From: Cetorhinus maximus
Taxonomy: Eukaryota
Length of the DNA: 64,000 nucleotides
Direction of reading: 5' to 3'
NCBI RefSeq assembly: GCF_964194155.1
Contig: NC_135880.1
Location: forward strand, 166,532,001-166,596,000
Made by a program: the position numbers and the translations under genes. Below, piece by piece: positions 22,613 to 35,460 of the stretch; position 1 is the first letter of the stretch; each line of letters opens with the position of its first letter. Below the pieces are notes generated by a model that worked only from the letters and a program-made list of their open reading frames with translations, did no database searches and was not told where the DNA came from.

Positions 22613-25306
22613 GGGGTCGATGTCAAGGAGGAATTCCAAGAGGTGAAGAGCCAGCAAGCCTCGATCTTTGCCTTGGAGCCTCCAAGATCATCTTCTGGTC
22701 CAAAGTCTGTTTCGTTTCGTGGGGCAGGACGAGAAGTGCTCACATTCCTTCCTCCAAAAAGTACAGAGAGAGAGCAGCCTGAAGGAAGAAGACAGCTCAG
22801 TAAAGTCATCGCAGTCTGACATTTTGACGATCAGGAAATCCTCTTATGCCGGATTGTATGACATGATGTCCACAGACAGCATGGCCTCCCAGTTCTTCTT
22901 GTCCTCTATCACGGAGGTCTAAGACGACAATACACGAGACAGCCTGGACAAACTGCTAACTCTGGATGAACTAACTAAGGCCCTTGAGCCCTTTGAGAAA
23001 GGTAAAGCTCCGAGAAGCGATGGCTGAGTTGTATTCAGCTCTATAGGATTGGACCGGCCTAGTCCCGCTGGAAGTGTATGCTTCTGGCCAACAGCGTGTC
23101 AGAATCCATGAGGAAAGGCCTCATCACCCTCATCTACAAGTGGAAGGGGGAAAGGGAGGAAATTAGAAATTGGTGACCCATTTCACTGTTGAATGTGCAC
23201 TATAAAATTCTGTCCAAGGTCATCGCCAATCGATTCAAGTCTGCCCTGGAGTTGGTGATCACCTTGACCAGACCTGCGCTGTACTTGGCAGGAAGATTTC
23301 TGACAGCCTTGTGCTTTTCAGGGACAAGATTGTCGATGTACGGGACAGAGGTGTGGACACCTGCCTCATCAATCTGGACCTGGAGAAGGCCTTTGACAGA
23401 GTATCACACACCTACGTGGTGGATGTGCTCTCCAAAATGGGGTTTGGGGAGGGAATCTGCAAATGGATCCAGCTTTACTTCACAAACATCCGTAGCACAG
23501 TTTTATTCAATGAGTGGGAATCAGAAAGCTTTTCAATGAAATCTGAAGTCAGGCAGGTCTGCCCTGTTTGTGTGTTGCAAAGAACCCTTTGCTGAGTCCA
23601 TCGTGAAGGATCCGGGCATAAGAGGAGTGATGATCCCAGGCAGTGGAGGCACTGAGGTCAAAGACTCCCTCTACATGAATGATGTCACCGTCTTTTGCTC
23701 GGATCTGCTGTGGGTGTGCAGCCTGATGAACATCTGAAATCAATTCGAAGTGGCCTCAGGTGTCAAGGTAAATTGTGACAAGGGAGAGGCCATGTTCTTT
23801 GGGAACTGGGCTGACTGACCCTTTATCCCATTCACTGTGAGGTCAGATAGCCTGAAGGCATTGGGGACATTGTTCGGAGGGACTGGGGCATGCATTAGAA
23901 ACTTGAAGGAGCGAGTAGCCATGGTGAAAAAAAATGGGCATGTGGGAGTGATGCTCCCTCTACATTGTGGGTAAGAACCTAGTCATCAGGTGTGAGGCAC
24001 GCTTGGCGTTGCTGTACATGGCACAGGTCTGGCCCATTCCTCACTCCGGCACTGGGGTGATCAGGCAAGCCATCTTCCACTTTATCTGGAGGTTGAAAAT
24101 GGACTGTGTTCACAGGGACAAGATGTACAAAGTTCTAGATAAAGGGGGAAGAAATGTACCCAACATTGCCCTCATCCTGATGGCCACCTTTGTGTGTGGC
24201 TGCATCAAGCAGTGCGTAGACCCTCGGTACGAAAACACCAAGTGTCACTACGTGCTGAGGTTCTACCTGTCCCCAATGTTGCAAAGGATGGGTCTGGTCA
24301 CGCTGCCGTAGAACACTCTGAGTAGTTGGACCGTGCCTTACCATCTGTCCCTCATGGAAAAATTTATGCAGAGAAACACCTTTGATCTCAAGTCCACCAG
24401 GCAGTGGTCAGCAAGTAACATCCTAGAGGCCCTGCGGGAAAAGGAGATGGTGGATCCTGTGGGGCGGTTCCCCGAGCAGACTGTCAAAATCATTTGGCAG
24501 AATGCCTCATCGCCAGAACTTTCCAACAAGTATCAAGACGTAGCTTGGCTGGTGGTGAGAAACGCCCTCCCATCCTACATGCCAGGTGTCTCACCCCCTA
24601 TGCATGCTGCCCTCGAGGTGGCTGTGGCAGGGAAGAGATCATTGTGCACCTCCTTGTGGAATGTGCCGTCGCAAAGGAGGTCTGGAGAGAGTGGTATTGG
24701 TCAAGGTTCATCCCAAACAGTTCTGTGACACAGGGTTGTTCCCAGGGACACACACCAAGACAAACGTGAACTGCAGCTGGAGGATCATCAACTTGGTGAA
24801 AGACGCTCTTTGGTCTGCTCGAAACTTGCTAGTCTTCCAGTGCAAAGAGTTGCCCCCGGCTGAGCGTTGCAGACTAGCACATTCCAAGGTCCAGGACTAC
24901 GTGCAGAGGCACGCATTAGAGCTTGGGTCAGGCGCCGCTAAGGCACAATGGGGAAAGGTCACTGCCTAAGATATTTCAGCCAGAGTGCACCAAGAGGCTG
25001 GGAATTGTATAGACCCCTTGGGCTGTATGACTCACATTGAACGTATGCAGTGTATCACAATTGTATTGAAGCACCCCTGGGTGCAACATGATCTATGTAG
25101 GCAACTTAAATACCATTGCACTGTCTGGCATTGTCATTTTGAAATGCCTGTAATGTTCCTTGATTATATTGACGCACTTCAGGGTGCAACATAATCTATG
25201 TGGAAAACATGAATATTATTACGCTTTTTGTGATGGCCATTTTGAAATGTTTTGTAATGTTCTTTCAGATATATTATGAATAAAGTATATTTTTGCAAAA
25301 AAAAAA
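22613..25306 (+). mobile_element. 5'-truncated Tx1-like (L1 clade) LINE with decayed ORF2, poly(A) tail and 13-bp TSD
   Basis: YKILSKVIANR, LDLEKAFDRVSH, CCHC-like CPRGGCGREEIIVHLLVEC and KDALWSARN motifs. AATAAA plus an A-run at 25297-25306. TSD TCTGCCAAGTTTG (22600-22612) / TCTGCCAGGTTTG (25307-25319). Confidence 0.9.
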
Positions 25307-25424
25307 TCTGCCAGGTTTGATGTTTTTACTTGACATCCATCTTGGAGAAGGAGCGGATTGAGCCCACCTCCCCCAAACCTCCAATTTGAACTGTACTTGC
25401 ATCAACAAGATTTCTACATCAGCA

Positions 25425-26115
25425 GGACTATCACCTGGTGCTCTGTGGATAGTACCCTCACCTCTGAGTCTGAAGGTTGTGAACTCGAGAGAACAAAAAT
25501 GAAGGCTGACAGTCTAATGCAGTGCTGAGGGAAGGCTGTACTGTCAAGTGAGTTGTTTGTTGGAGGAGGCACTAAACCCAGGCCCCCATCTGACCTCTCA
25601 GGCGGATGTAAAATGTCCTATCATACAATCTTGAAGGAATTTTTTCCTGTCCTGGCCAATATTTAACCCTCAATCAGCATCACAAAGAACAGATAGTTGG
25701 GAACACCATCACCTGGAAGTTCCCCTCCAAGTCATTCACCATCCTGACTTGGAAATATATCACTGCCCCTTCACTGTCACTGGGTCAAAATCCTAGAACT
25801 CCCTCCTTAACAGCACTGTGGGTGTACTTACACCACATGGACAGCAGCGGTTCAAGAAGGCAGCTCACCACCACTTTCTCAAGGGCAACTAGGGCTGGGC
25901 AATTAGTGCTGGCCCAGCCAGCGAAGCCCACATCCCATGAATGAATTTTAAAAAAATTATCTGGTCATCAGCACTTTGCCCATGGGATCTTCTGAATGCA
26001 AATTAGTTGCTTCATTTCTTACATTACAGTAGTGACTACACTTCAAAAGTGCTTCGTTGGCTGTAAACTGTTTAGGATGTCCTGGGGTCCCGAAAGGTAC
26101 GGTATAAATGTAAGC
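25425..26115 (+). mobile_element. DeuSINE-like (SacSINE1/AmnSINE1-type) SINE interrupted by a Zenon-like LINE 3' tail (about 25695-25955)
   Basis: Decayed tRNA head; body tgtcctggccaatatttaaccctcaa...acagat|tatctggtcat resumes after the insert; L2-like tail ...tataaatgtaag. Confidence 0.65.
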
Positions 26116-26156
26116 CTTAAGTGCTCCAAAGCAAAAAAGTCACTGCTGCTCCCAAT

Positions 26157-26493
26157 AGGGTTGCCAACCTCCCCAGGGTTGGCCTGGAGTCTTCAGGAAT
26201 TGAAGATCAGTCTCCAGGACACTGCTGCATTCAGCCTTGGAGAAAAATCATTGGGACATTAAAAAGGATTGTTTCTTTTCTCATTTTCTTTGAGCATTTC
26301 TCTTTACCAGATATAAAAACACTGAAAATGGCGGTGGGGGAAAAAAGCTGTTTGGCTGACAGCCAAACATCATCCAATTGGGTAATAAGTCTTTCTGCTT
26401 TCAAATTGGTGGAGGAAGGCACGACGTCACAAGTATGGCCCACTAATGGCTGGAGCGTGGTCCAGGGGTACATGTAATCACAGTTGGCAGCCT
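26157..26493. mobile_element. MITE-like element with AGGGTTGCCAAC termini; related copy at about 36640-36980
   Basis: Left end agggttgccaac, right end gttggcagcct. The body matches the reverse complement of 36720-36980. Confidence 0.55.
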
Positions 26494-27391
26494 TGGTTCC
26501 CAGGCATGTCTCCATTGCGCAGCTAACTTTTGCTGCCAGCATTGAAAACAGCAACTTCTTCTTTAAGTTCACTCCTTTTAAAGGCTGAGTGTATTCCACC
26601 AAAGGCAAGCCTCCCATCCCAGGGCAGTAAGACCTCAGCAGTGCTCATCCATAATAAGTTAATAGCCCTAGTGCTGAAATATTGGTTCAGGTGCAATCAG
26701 CTCGGTTTCCCAGGAGTGCATTGTCTAACATAAATGATGGGGGTGAAGTGAGAGGAATTAGCTCCCAGATCACCTTTCCTCCCAGAAAGACCATTTTGTT
26801 TGTAATATGGTTCCAAGGACAGGATTTGTCCAACAGCGTAAAGCAGATTGTTTAGCAGATTGCAAAAACGCCTCTTCAAGGATTATTTTTAACAATTAAT
26901 GCAATTCACCTTTGCCTTAGATTGTTAAATACCAATCACTTTGCCTCTGCTGTGCAAATTGGATTCTCACCCACCACTCATGGAAGATTCATTTGAGCTC
27001 ACAGAAGCAAACTGGGTTCTATCTGTCGTTCATTGACACTTAAAGTCTCACTTATTTGTTCAATTTGATCCAGCATGAAGATTCACTTGCACCTAAAGCA
27101 CAGATGAGTGATCTTTCCCTTGGGCCTGTGGGGATCAGAAAATCGAGCAAAGGTGTGGCTCTTAAAAGGGTACAGCTAACCCTTAAAGGGGAACTTGCGG
27201 TGCGGACAGAAAAGTGGAGAAATTGGTTACTGCGGCACAGCAGACAGGCAGGCAACATTTGCTGTTTTGATGTCTAACATCATTCGCAGGGAAAATGCCA
27301 GGATCTATAATAAAGGATGTGATGACAGGGTATTTAGAAAATAATGGTAGGATTGGGCTGAGTCAACCTGGATTTACAAAAGGGAAATCGT

Positions 27392-28097
27392 GGCCTGAAT
27401 TTCACTCTTGGCCTGCGCGCCCAAGTCGGCAGGAATGGAAGCGGATGTGGAATCTGCTCCTGGCTGCGGTTGTATTGCAAACGCGATTTGACGCTGGATG
27501 GCATATTATGGTCCTCTCAACGACCGGGAAGGGCTGGGTGGGGGTGGGGCCTGTTGGGCACCTGGTCCAATGGCGACTGGGTGGACGCTTCAAAGCCAAC
27601 AGAGGCAGCTCCCTGAAGGCCGCCAGGGGAGAATCTTTGGAGTCTTTCCAGGAAACCATTTCATTCAAACAATGGCCTCGCCAGTGGCTGGAGGCATCAG
27701 GTGGGAGGGCAGGTCAGGTGGGCACTGAACCCTCCATTTCTCGGACGAGTGCCTTGGGGTCCGTGTGGAGAAGGTCAGTATCATTTGGGACACTCTAGTA
27801 CCCAGGGATGGCAGGAGGAGGCCACCGCACCTGACCAAAAAAGCCTGGGATGGAGGTGGCAGCCGATGTCAGTGGCCATGAAGTTGTGCGGCGTGCATGG
27901 GTGCAGTGCCACAAAAGGTTCAACGATCTGCTGCGCTCGGCAAGGGTGAGTACTGAGTTGGCATGGATCAGTGTGGAGAAGTGTTAATGGCTGGCCATCC
28001 CCCCATGGAACTCAGGGGAGTTAGAGTCTGAGTGCCAACTGTCACTGACACTGGCGTCAGCCAAGGGGATGAGCCCTGGCTGCTTGGCCTGAGTGCC
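27392..28097 (+). mobile_element. Harbinger-like element remnant with Myb/SANT-like coding debris, lying within a CR1 fragment
   Basis: Starts ggcctgaattt. Translation near 27730-27945 gives ...LTKKAWD...VQCHKRFNDLLRSAR. Flanked by CR1 pieces (27290-27390, 28098-28330). Confidence 0.55.
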
Positions 28098-28565
28098 TTG
28101 TGGGTGGTGAGTCTTTGGAATTCTCTGCCCCAGAGGGTCCTGAAGGCTCAGTTGTTGAATGCATTGAAGACTGAGATCAATAGATTTCTACATATTAAAA
28201 ACATCAAGGAGTACGGGGATATTACAGGGAAATGCTCTTGAAGTAAAAGATCAGCCATGGTCTCCTTGAATGACAGACTGGGCTTGAAGGGCTGAATGGC
28301 CTACTCCTGCTCCTATTTCTTATGTTCTTATGAGTGCCAAAGATTTGGAGATCCTGCTGCAGGCGATGCTGTAAAGGAGGGCGGGCCTTCCTGGAGATGA
28401 AGACTCTCCAGTAAAACTGCAGGTGCAAATTGCATGGATGTAATGTTGTCCCTCTCACTGCTGGACTTTCCGCATCACATCCTGTGCTCTTATCTCTCTC
28501 TCTCATTCCTTTTTTATGTTTTTTCCTGTAGTTGCTGACCCCAGTGTTTTCATAACTGACGGTTA

Positions 28566-29406
28566 GGGTTGAATTTTCTGTGCCCGCTGGCGTTGGGGAT
28601 GTATGGTGGTGTGAGTGGACAATATGGCGACAAGGCCGAATCTCGGCTTCACGATGTCGTGAAACTGGTTTACAATCGTCCACTCTGCACGTCAATGGCG
28701 GGTCGCGTTTCCCACCGTTGGACATGGGGAACCTCATTGTAATACATCTGCATATCATTATAAGCCCAGCTCGCCAGAATCAACCCTGCACGCTGGATCA
28801 TCTGAGCACATTGGTGTTTCACAACAGCATATATAAGGCATGCACTTGACAGCCTGCACTTCGAGGGGAACTTGGAGGTGAGATAACAGTAACGTTCAGC
28901 AGCGCTCACCTGTTGGGCTTCAAGGTTGAGGTGCTGTGCATACAGGCGAGGGCACAGGTACTAGGTGGCTGTCCTCTTTTGCAGGGTGTTGGCAATGACC
29001 ACCGCTGCCATCGCCTCCCAAACCGGATTAGTGAGGTTGCTGCCCCTCCTGTGGCCAGAACAGGGGCAGAGGACATCACGGCGAGCCTCTACTGTGTTCA
29101 AAAGGCACTCGGGGGACACATTATTAAACTGGGGAGCCCCAGTCTTCTTGCCTTTTGGGGCCATGTCTTCTTTGCAGCAGTCATGGGCTGGAAGCACTGA
29201 GAGGTGTTTGCGCGGCTGCACTTTAAATATGGCACCCGGCGCGAGGAAGCAAATGAGAGCCCACTTAGCATTAAAACCTCGTATTTCCTGAGAATGTATT
29301 ATTCACGAGGCAGGATTGGGATTATATGGAGTGGAAAGCTGCCACTGCGGCCGGTGGTTAAAACGTCCGTTATCGCACGTAGTGCAAATCTGGGACGATT
29401 CCACCC
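28566..29406 (-). mobile_element. Non-autonomous PIF/Harbinger element with TTA TSD and a Myb/SANT-like ORF remnant
   Basis: TTA|GGGTTGAATTT ... GATTCCACCC|TTA. ORF 28961..29221- (APQFNNVSPECLLNTVEARRDVL...VWEAMAAVV) resembles Harbinger Myb-like proteins. Confidence 0.75.
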
Positions 29407-30109
29407 TTAGATTTTCCTATTGTTCCTTCAAGCATTCCTTTCACTTTTAACCCCCACCCCAGCTTCCTTCAGCTTGTATCTCTACTCTTCCCTTTACTCT
29501 TCTCAAGCCCGTCATTCCAGTCTGTCTTCTGCTTCTTGTGTGGCTTTATTCCACTGCTCTTTAGCAACAAACAGTAGTAAATGAAGAGAACACGGTGAAA
29601 ATTTGCATTGCATGGTTCCCCATGGCAGCTGGAAGCTCTCCCCAATCTCCTTTATCAACAGCTGCCTGGGGATTGGAAATATGATGGCAGACTCAAAGGA
29701 CCAGCAAAACTATCTACTTTCCAAGCAGTTCCGCTCTTTACCAGGAGGGATTCAGAGCTCCCACATCAGCAAGATTCACAATTCCATACATTTCAGGGTT
29801 TGGGCCTTTAAACAGATCGGCTCCTATAGCCATTCTCAAACTTCATCCCTTCCTTTTTGAAAGTGTTCCCTGCTGCGTAGTCCCTGCCCCACTGCCTGCT
29901 TCACTCTCACCCTCAGGTGATAACTCCCTGCACTACCCGTCATTTGTGCTCAATCAGTTCCATGTGCCAATTCCAACATCTTCATTCCTTTCTGGCCTTA
30001 GCCCTTGTTTCTTTCTCAATTGTGCAGCAGCCACTGAGAAGCTCAGCCCAACTAATCTCCGTGCTCACTGGCTTCCATTGCTCACAAATCCCTGGTATAA
30101 AAATTGAGT

Positions 30110-30495
30110 GCATCATAGAGTCATCACAGAAAAAGGCCCTTCGGCCCATCGAGTCTGCGCCAGTTAAAACAAGTACCTAACTATTCTAATCCCATTTTCC
30201 AGCACTAGGTCCATAGCCTTGTATGCCATGGCATTGCAAATGTACTTCCAAGTACTTCTTAAATGTTATGAGGCTTTCCTCCTCTACCACCCTTTCAAGC
30301 AGTGAGTTCCAGATTCCCACCACCCTCTGGGTGAAAAAATTCTTCCTCATATCCCCTCTAAACCTCCTGCCCCTTACCTTAAATCTGTGCCCCCTGGTTA
30401 TTGATCCCTCCAGCAAGGGGAAATGTTCCTTCCTGTCTGCCCTATTTATGCCTCTCATAATTTTATACACCTCAATCATGTCCCCCCTCAATCGT
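30110..30495 (-). mobile_element. CR1 LINE 3' fragment
   Basis: ORF 30186..30491- MRGDMIEVYKIMRG...RKNFFTQRVV. Confidence 0.85.
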
Positions 30496-30657
30496 CAGTG
30501 AAGAGACAGGTGATAGCCACACAGACAGATAGAGAGACACATACAGGGAGCTGTAAATTAGAAAGAGAGAGTTACAGAAAGAGGGATAAAAAGGATGAGG
30601 AAAGGGTTGGACACAGGGAGAGAGATGCCACAGGAAGAGGCCATCTAAAGTGAAAAA

Positions 30658-31438
30658 GGGTGGAATTTAGTGGCCTCCTAGGGGGTGTGTTTGGTGTTGG
30701 TGGGGCATTTCATTGGCCTTCTCGCCTCTGCCCTGCATTACGTCTGTGGTGGGAAGGTTTGTGGATGGCTTTCCTACCCTGCCACGAATTGAGGCCTGAA
30801 GTGGGGAATCAATGCTATCAATGCCCACTTAAGGGCCTTATCCCATCACCACTGGTATTCACTCAGCAGCAGCGTGGGGACTTGCCAGATGGGAAGCCTG
30901 GGAAGCAAACCATAGAATCACAGAAACCTGTGAGGGTTGCTTGCAGGTTTCCATAGGGTGGAGCAGTTGGGGCAGGGTGGTTGTGTGTGGAAGCCGAATT
31001 TCAAAGGCACTCAGTGTCTAATTGAGAGATCTGGCATGGGTGGGGGGGTGGATGGATCCTGCTGAGAGTCACTCCCTACCCTTTCTGTTGACTCCCCCTT
31101 CCCTGTGAACACTGCCAACTCTGTGACACCCCCATCCCACCATCACTCACCTGTGGTCTTGGTCCCTTGGCATTCCTGGCTCTTTGATGGGTGCATTGGC
31201 AGCAGTAGACACTGCCCCTGCTGGCGCTGCTGAGTAAACACAGCTGCCAACCTCTGATTGGCCGGCAGCTCGTGGAAGACAGGGTTTCCGCCCCAGGGTC
31301 TTTTTTCCAAGGTAAGGCACACCTAAGTGCCTGATTGGTACTTAATTTGGTGGGCTTTCCTGAAATGAGGCGCATGGTGCTCTCACCAGCTCTCCAGCCA
31401 GCAGACCAGACTCCCATTGCCTCCATTAAAAACCGCCC
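30658..31438. mobile_element. Harbinger-like MITE
   Basis: Termini GGGTGGAATTTA / TTAAAAACCGCCC, flanked by AAA on both sides. Confidence 0.55.
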
Positions 31439-32896
31439 AAAGTGTGAGACATAAATAGAAATCACAGTGGTGAACAGAAATAGGTTTAGAGAGTAGGGAA
31501 GAAGCAGGAAATGTTACAGGAGGGAAACACAATGCTTCTGTCCATTCGCAATCACCCGGCATATCTTATTGTTGTAATGTGCTGCAGTGGTTCAAGAAGG
31601 CAGCTCACCACCATCTCTTCACGGGCAATTAGGGATGGGCAATGATGCTGGCCTAGCCAGCGATGCCCACATCCCATGAACAATTTTTTAAAAAATCACA
31701 CTGGTGCCATAATCAAAACTTTACAGAGGGCCACAAGGGCTGACATTGGTGAGCTCCTGCAGGCACTCATACATAAATGAGCTGAAAGCGTCCACTAATG
31801 AGATGTTAACTTATTTGAAGTCAAGTCCAGATGTATATCTCATTACACAGCAGAGTGTAATTTGCTGGTGTTTTGGATGCCAGCAGTCAGTGAAATATTG
31901 CTGGAGGCCAATTTGGCAGCAGGTGGATTTTCTACTGTGCCATGAGGTCACAGGGCGGAGGTGACACAGGGTCAGGGGCAGAGGCAGTATGAGGGTAGGG
32001 GGGCAGTGGACAGGATGGTAGAGCTGTCTTCTTATGAATTGGAACATTCCCATCACTGCTTGTTCCACTTTGGTATTATATAGCTGGACGGCTCCTGTCC
32101 CACTATGGACACCCCCTTAATTTTAAATGTTTTTCAGGGGCCTAATAAGCCTTGAACACAGCTTGTGTGCACCTTTCCCGGTGCCCTTTACATTGGGATG
32201 CACTGGCTTGCTGAAATCATCTATACCCAATTTTCTGAGGAGCAGGCGCCCATGTTTTTGACTTTCCGCAAACAACGGACTGGATTTTGGATAGCAAGGC
32301 AGAAAGCTTGAATCGGGAAATTTCCTGACTTGCTGGACCCATCTCGGTTAAAGCTATTCTGAAACTCACAATTCTCGTTCTGGGGGAGGGGGTCGGGGGG
32401 GAATGCAGTGTGGGAAAGAGTCAGGCTCACTGATTCCAGAGACAGAGTGCAGGCAGCCACAGGGGCTGGCGAGGGCCGAGGCAGGCCGGTTGGAAGGCTC
32501 ACCTCAGTTCTCTGGGACTACTTCCCAGTTAATTTAGAAATTGTTAGGTCCTCTAACCCTCATACCTGCCCCTGCTCCCCCCATACCCGCCATGCCAACT
32601 CATGTTCCCCGCCCACCCTGCACCACCCTCCCGCCCCCCCCGATGGCCCCTCTTTTTTAAAGGTCTGCGGAGTCTTGCCAATTCTGTGAAAATCCGGACC
32701 AATGTTACAATGCATATCACTAAAAGCGTTGCCACAGGTTTTCTGCAATTTTGCACTGAACTGGGAGCTGCTCAAACTTTTTTTCAACAGATGAAATGTT
32801 AGCGCTGTACTGCTTGGTGCACTTCTGGCTACTGCAGGGTGAAACAAGAAGTTGAACTAATGCAAAAAGAAAAGACAGCTCCAGGGTATTTGGTGC

Positions 32897-32921
32897 TTTA
32901 TTCAATTTTGGATAATTTATT
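32897..32921 (-). terminator. Two AATAAA polyadenylation signals of PLGRKT
   Basis: TTTATT on + at 32897-32902 and 32916-32921, about 120-140 nt past the stop. Confidence 0.55.
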
Positions 32922-33038
32922 GAAGGCAACAACTACACAACATTTGATTAAAAAGATGGATAATCAGCTGCTACTAATACATTTTCCCCTTTGATCTGTG
33001 ACCGACATCTTCAGCCTCACAGCTTTCATGCTTATAGC

Positions 33039-33160
33039 TTATATTTGACTGAAAAATATACTCCGGGCCCTCCTGGCTTTCTCGATACTTTCGAAGGTTG
33101 GCACTCCCTTTGGCATGTCAAGTAGGCTTCGCTCTGTATCAATTATGTTCTCCGCCTCAT
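33039..33160 (-). CDS. PLGRKT: PLGRKT last coding exon (DEAENIIDTERSLLDMPKGVPTFESIEKARRARSIFFSQI*)
   Basis: Acceptor atcttccAG|AT, 122 nt, phase-compatible with the upstream exon. Motif EAE.I...E...L..P.G..TFESIEKAR is characteristic of PLGRKT/C9orf46. Confidence 0.93.
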
Positions 33161-33699
33161 CTGGAAGATAAAATGAAACCCAATAACCATCCATTTAACT
33201 GTCAAGTGTGTATTATCGAATAGCTGAAAATATTAAGTGCACACTTGTATGTCAGGAAACTGATGCTAAATGTGAAAGTCCACACACTGCCTTTTTTGAT
33301 AACTTATGCAGTGTTCCCTACTTATATAGAATATGATGCGAATATAACATCAAGGTTATTTCTGTATGCCCAGGGACGACACTATATTTTTTTAATAAGG
33401 CATAAGTCAGTCAATGCAAAATACTGAGGATTCATTATTATATCTTTAAGGCAAAACCCCTAACTATATCTGGCTGAAAAGCAAACCAACTGCAGAAAAC
33501 TGCTGGGCACGATGCGAGTGGCAGATCTTAAAATTGGGAGTTGACATTGACTGATAAAAATGAAAGAAGTGGGTCTGAATAAGTTAAAGTATGTTTTTAG
33601 TAGAAGAGGAAAAGACAACATGCACTGAGCAATAGAATGCCATCAGGGGCCCTTATAAGGCCAAAACTGTGCTAAGAGCTGTGCTAAAAATTAAGGCCT

Positions 33700-33911
33700 T
33701 GTAATGACTCAATGGAGTAGACAGGATTCAACAAGAAACAGATAAACTTTATTACAGAGAGCTTTTCAGGTGCTGCATGCTCGATCAGGACTCTCATCAG
33801 GAAGCCCCATCCCCTGGATTGCCCGCATTTAGGGCTCATTAATCAGAGCCTCCCAGAAAATCACGTGACCCCTGGTAGGCAGCAGGAGAGGCTATACCTT
33901 CAGTGACTACA
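33700..33911 (-). mobile_element. Short solo LTR
   Basis: TGTAAT...GACTACA termini; 5-bp TSD GGCCT/GACCT (one mismatch); AATAAA on the minus strand near 33748. Confidence 0.6.
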
Positions 33912-34209
33912 GACCTTAATGAACTTTCTCTTCACAGAAATTCTAAAGTAGTAATGGGACAGGAACAGGAACAGGTTATTCAGCCTATTCATGGCGTGTG
34001 TGAATAGAGTCAAATGAATTACAACTTGTTCTCTGGAACCACGTTTACATCTTTGTTGGTTTTGTTTCCTTCGTTGGCATTTTTCAAAACGAGGAGAATT
34101 TTAAATCTAGATTTTTAGAGGTGATCAATTTTTTTCAAATGGAATGACTGCAAGTGCTTAAATCTAACTGACCTTGTGAGATGTAAAATATCTTGTTCCC
34201 ACTTTATCT

Positions 34210-35460
34210 TGTGGGACAAGTGGAGTCCCACAGGGGTCTGTGCTGGGGCCTCAACTTTTTATAATTTATAATCAATGACTTAGATGAGGGGAGTGAAGGG
34301 ATGGTAGCTAAATTTACAGATGACACAAAAATATGTAGGAAAGTATGTTGTGAAGAGGACATAAGGAGGTTGCAGGGAGATATAGATAGTGAGTAGCAAA
34401 ACTCTGGAAGCTGGAGTATAATGTAGGAAAATATGATGTTGTTCACTTTGGCAGGAAGAATAAAAAAGCAGTGTTGCTTAAACAGATAACAGCTGCAGAA
34501 TTCCGAAGTGCAGATGGATCTAAGCGTTCTAGTGCATGAGTCACGAAAAGTTAGTATGCAAGTACAGCAAGAAAATAAGAAGCCTAATGGAATGCTATCC
34601 TTTATCATGAGAGGAATTGAACATAAAAGTAAGGATAAAAGCAAAATACTGCGGATGCTGGAAATCTGAAACAAAAACAGAAAATGCTGGAAAAACCCAG
34701 CAGGTCTAACAGCATCGGTGGAGAGAAAAACAGAGTGAACGTTTTGAGTCCATGTGACAAGAAGAGTCATACGGACTCGAAACTTTAACTCTGTTTTTCT
34801 CTCCACACATGCTGGTAGACCTGCTGAGCTTTTCCAGCATTTTCTGTTTTATAAAAGTAAGGATGTTATGCTTCAGTTATACAGGGCATTGATGAGACCA
34901 CATCTCGAATACTGTGTGCAGTTTTGGTCTCCTTATTTAAGGAAGGATGTAAATGCGTTGGAGGCTGTTTAGAGGGGGGTTTCTTAGATTGATACCTGGA
35001 ATGAGTGGGTTGTCTCATGAGGAAAAGTTAGACAAACTGGGCTTGTTTCCATTGGTATTTAGAAGAGTGAGGGGTGACTTGATTGAAGTATATAAGGTCC
35101 TGAACTGTATTGACAAGGTGAACGTGGAAAGGATGTTTCCTCTAGTGGGTGAGTCCAGAACTAGGGGCCACTGTTTTAAAATTAGAAGTCGCCCTTTTAG
35201 GACAGAGATGAGGAGAATTTTTTCTCTCAGAGGTTTGTGCGACTTTGGAACTCCCTGCCTCAGAAGGCGGTAGTTGAGGGGTCATTGAATATTTTTAAGG
35301 CAGAGATAGATTATTCTTAGGCAAGGGAATCAAAGGTTATCGGGGGTAGATGGGAACATGGAATTCAAGACACAAACAGATCAGCCCTGATCTTATTGAA
35401 TGGTTGAGCAGGCTTGAGGGGCTGGAAAGCCTACTTCTGCTCCTATTTTGTATGTTGTAT
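34210..35460 (+). mobile_element. CR1 LINE 3' part (RT to 3'UTR), interrupted by a fold-back element
   Basis: GVPQGSVLGP, INDLD, FTDD, RPHLEYCVQFWSP and RGDLIEVYK motifs; (tatg)n tail. Confidence 0.9.
34637..34850. mobile_element. 214-bp fold-back Penelope-like element with 14-bp TSD
   Basis: ATAAAAGTAAGGAT at 34623-34636 and 34851-34864. The two halves are inverted copies of the same end sequence as the 13667-14433 element, joined inside the hammerhead motif. Confidence 0.85.
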
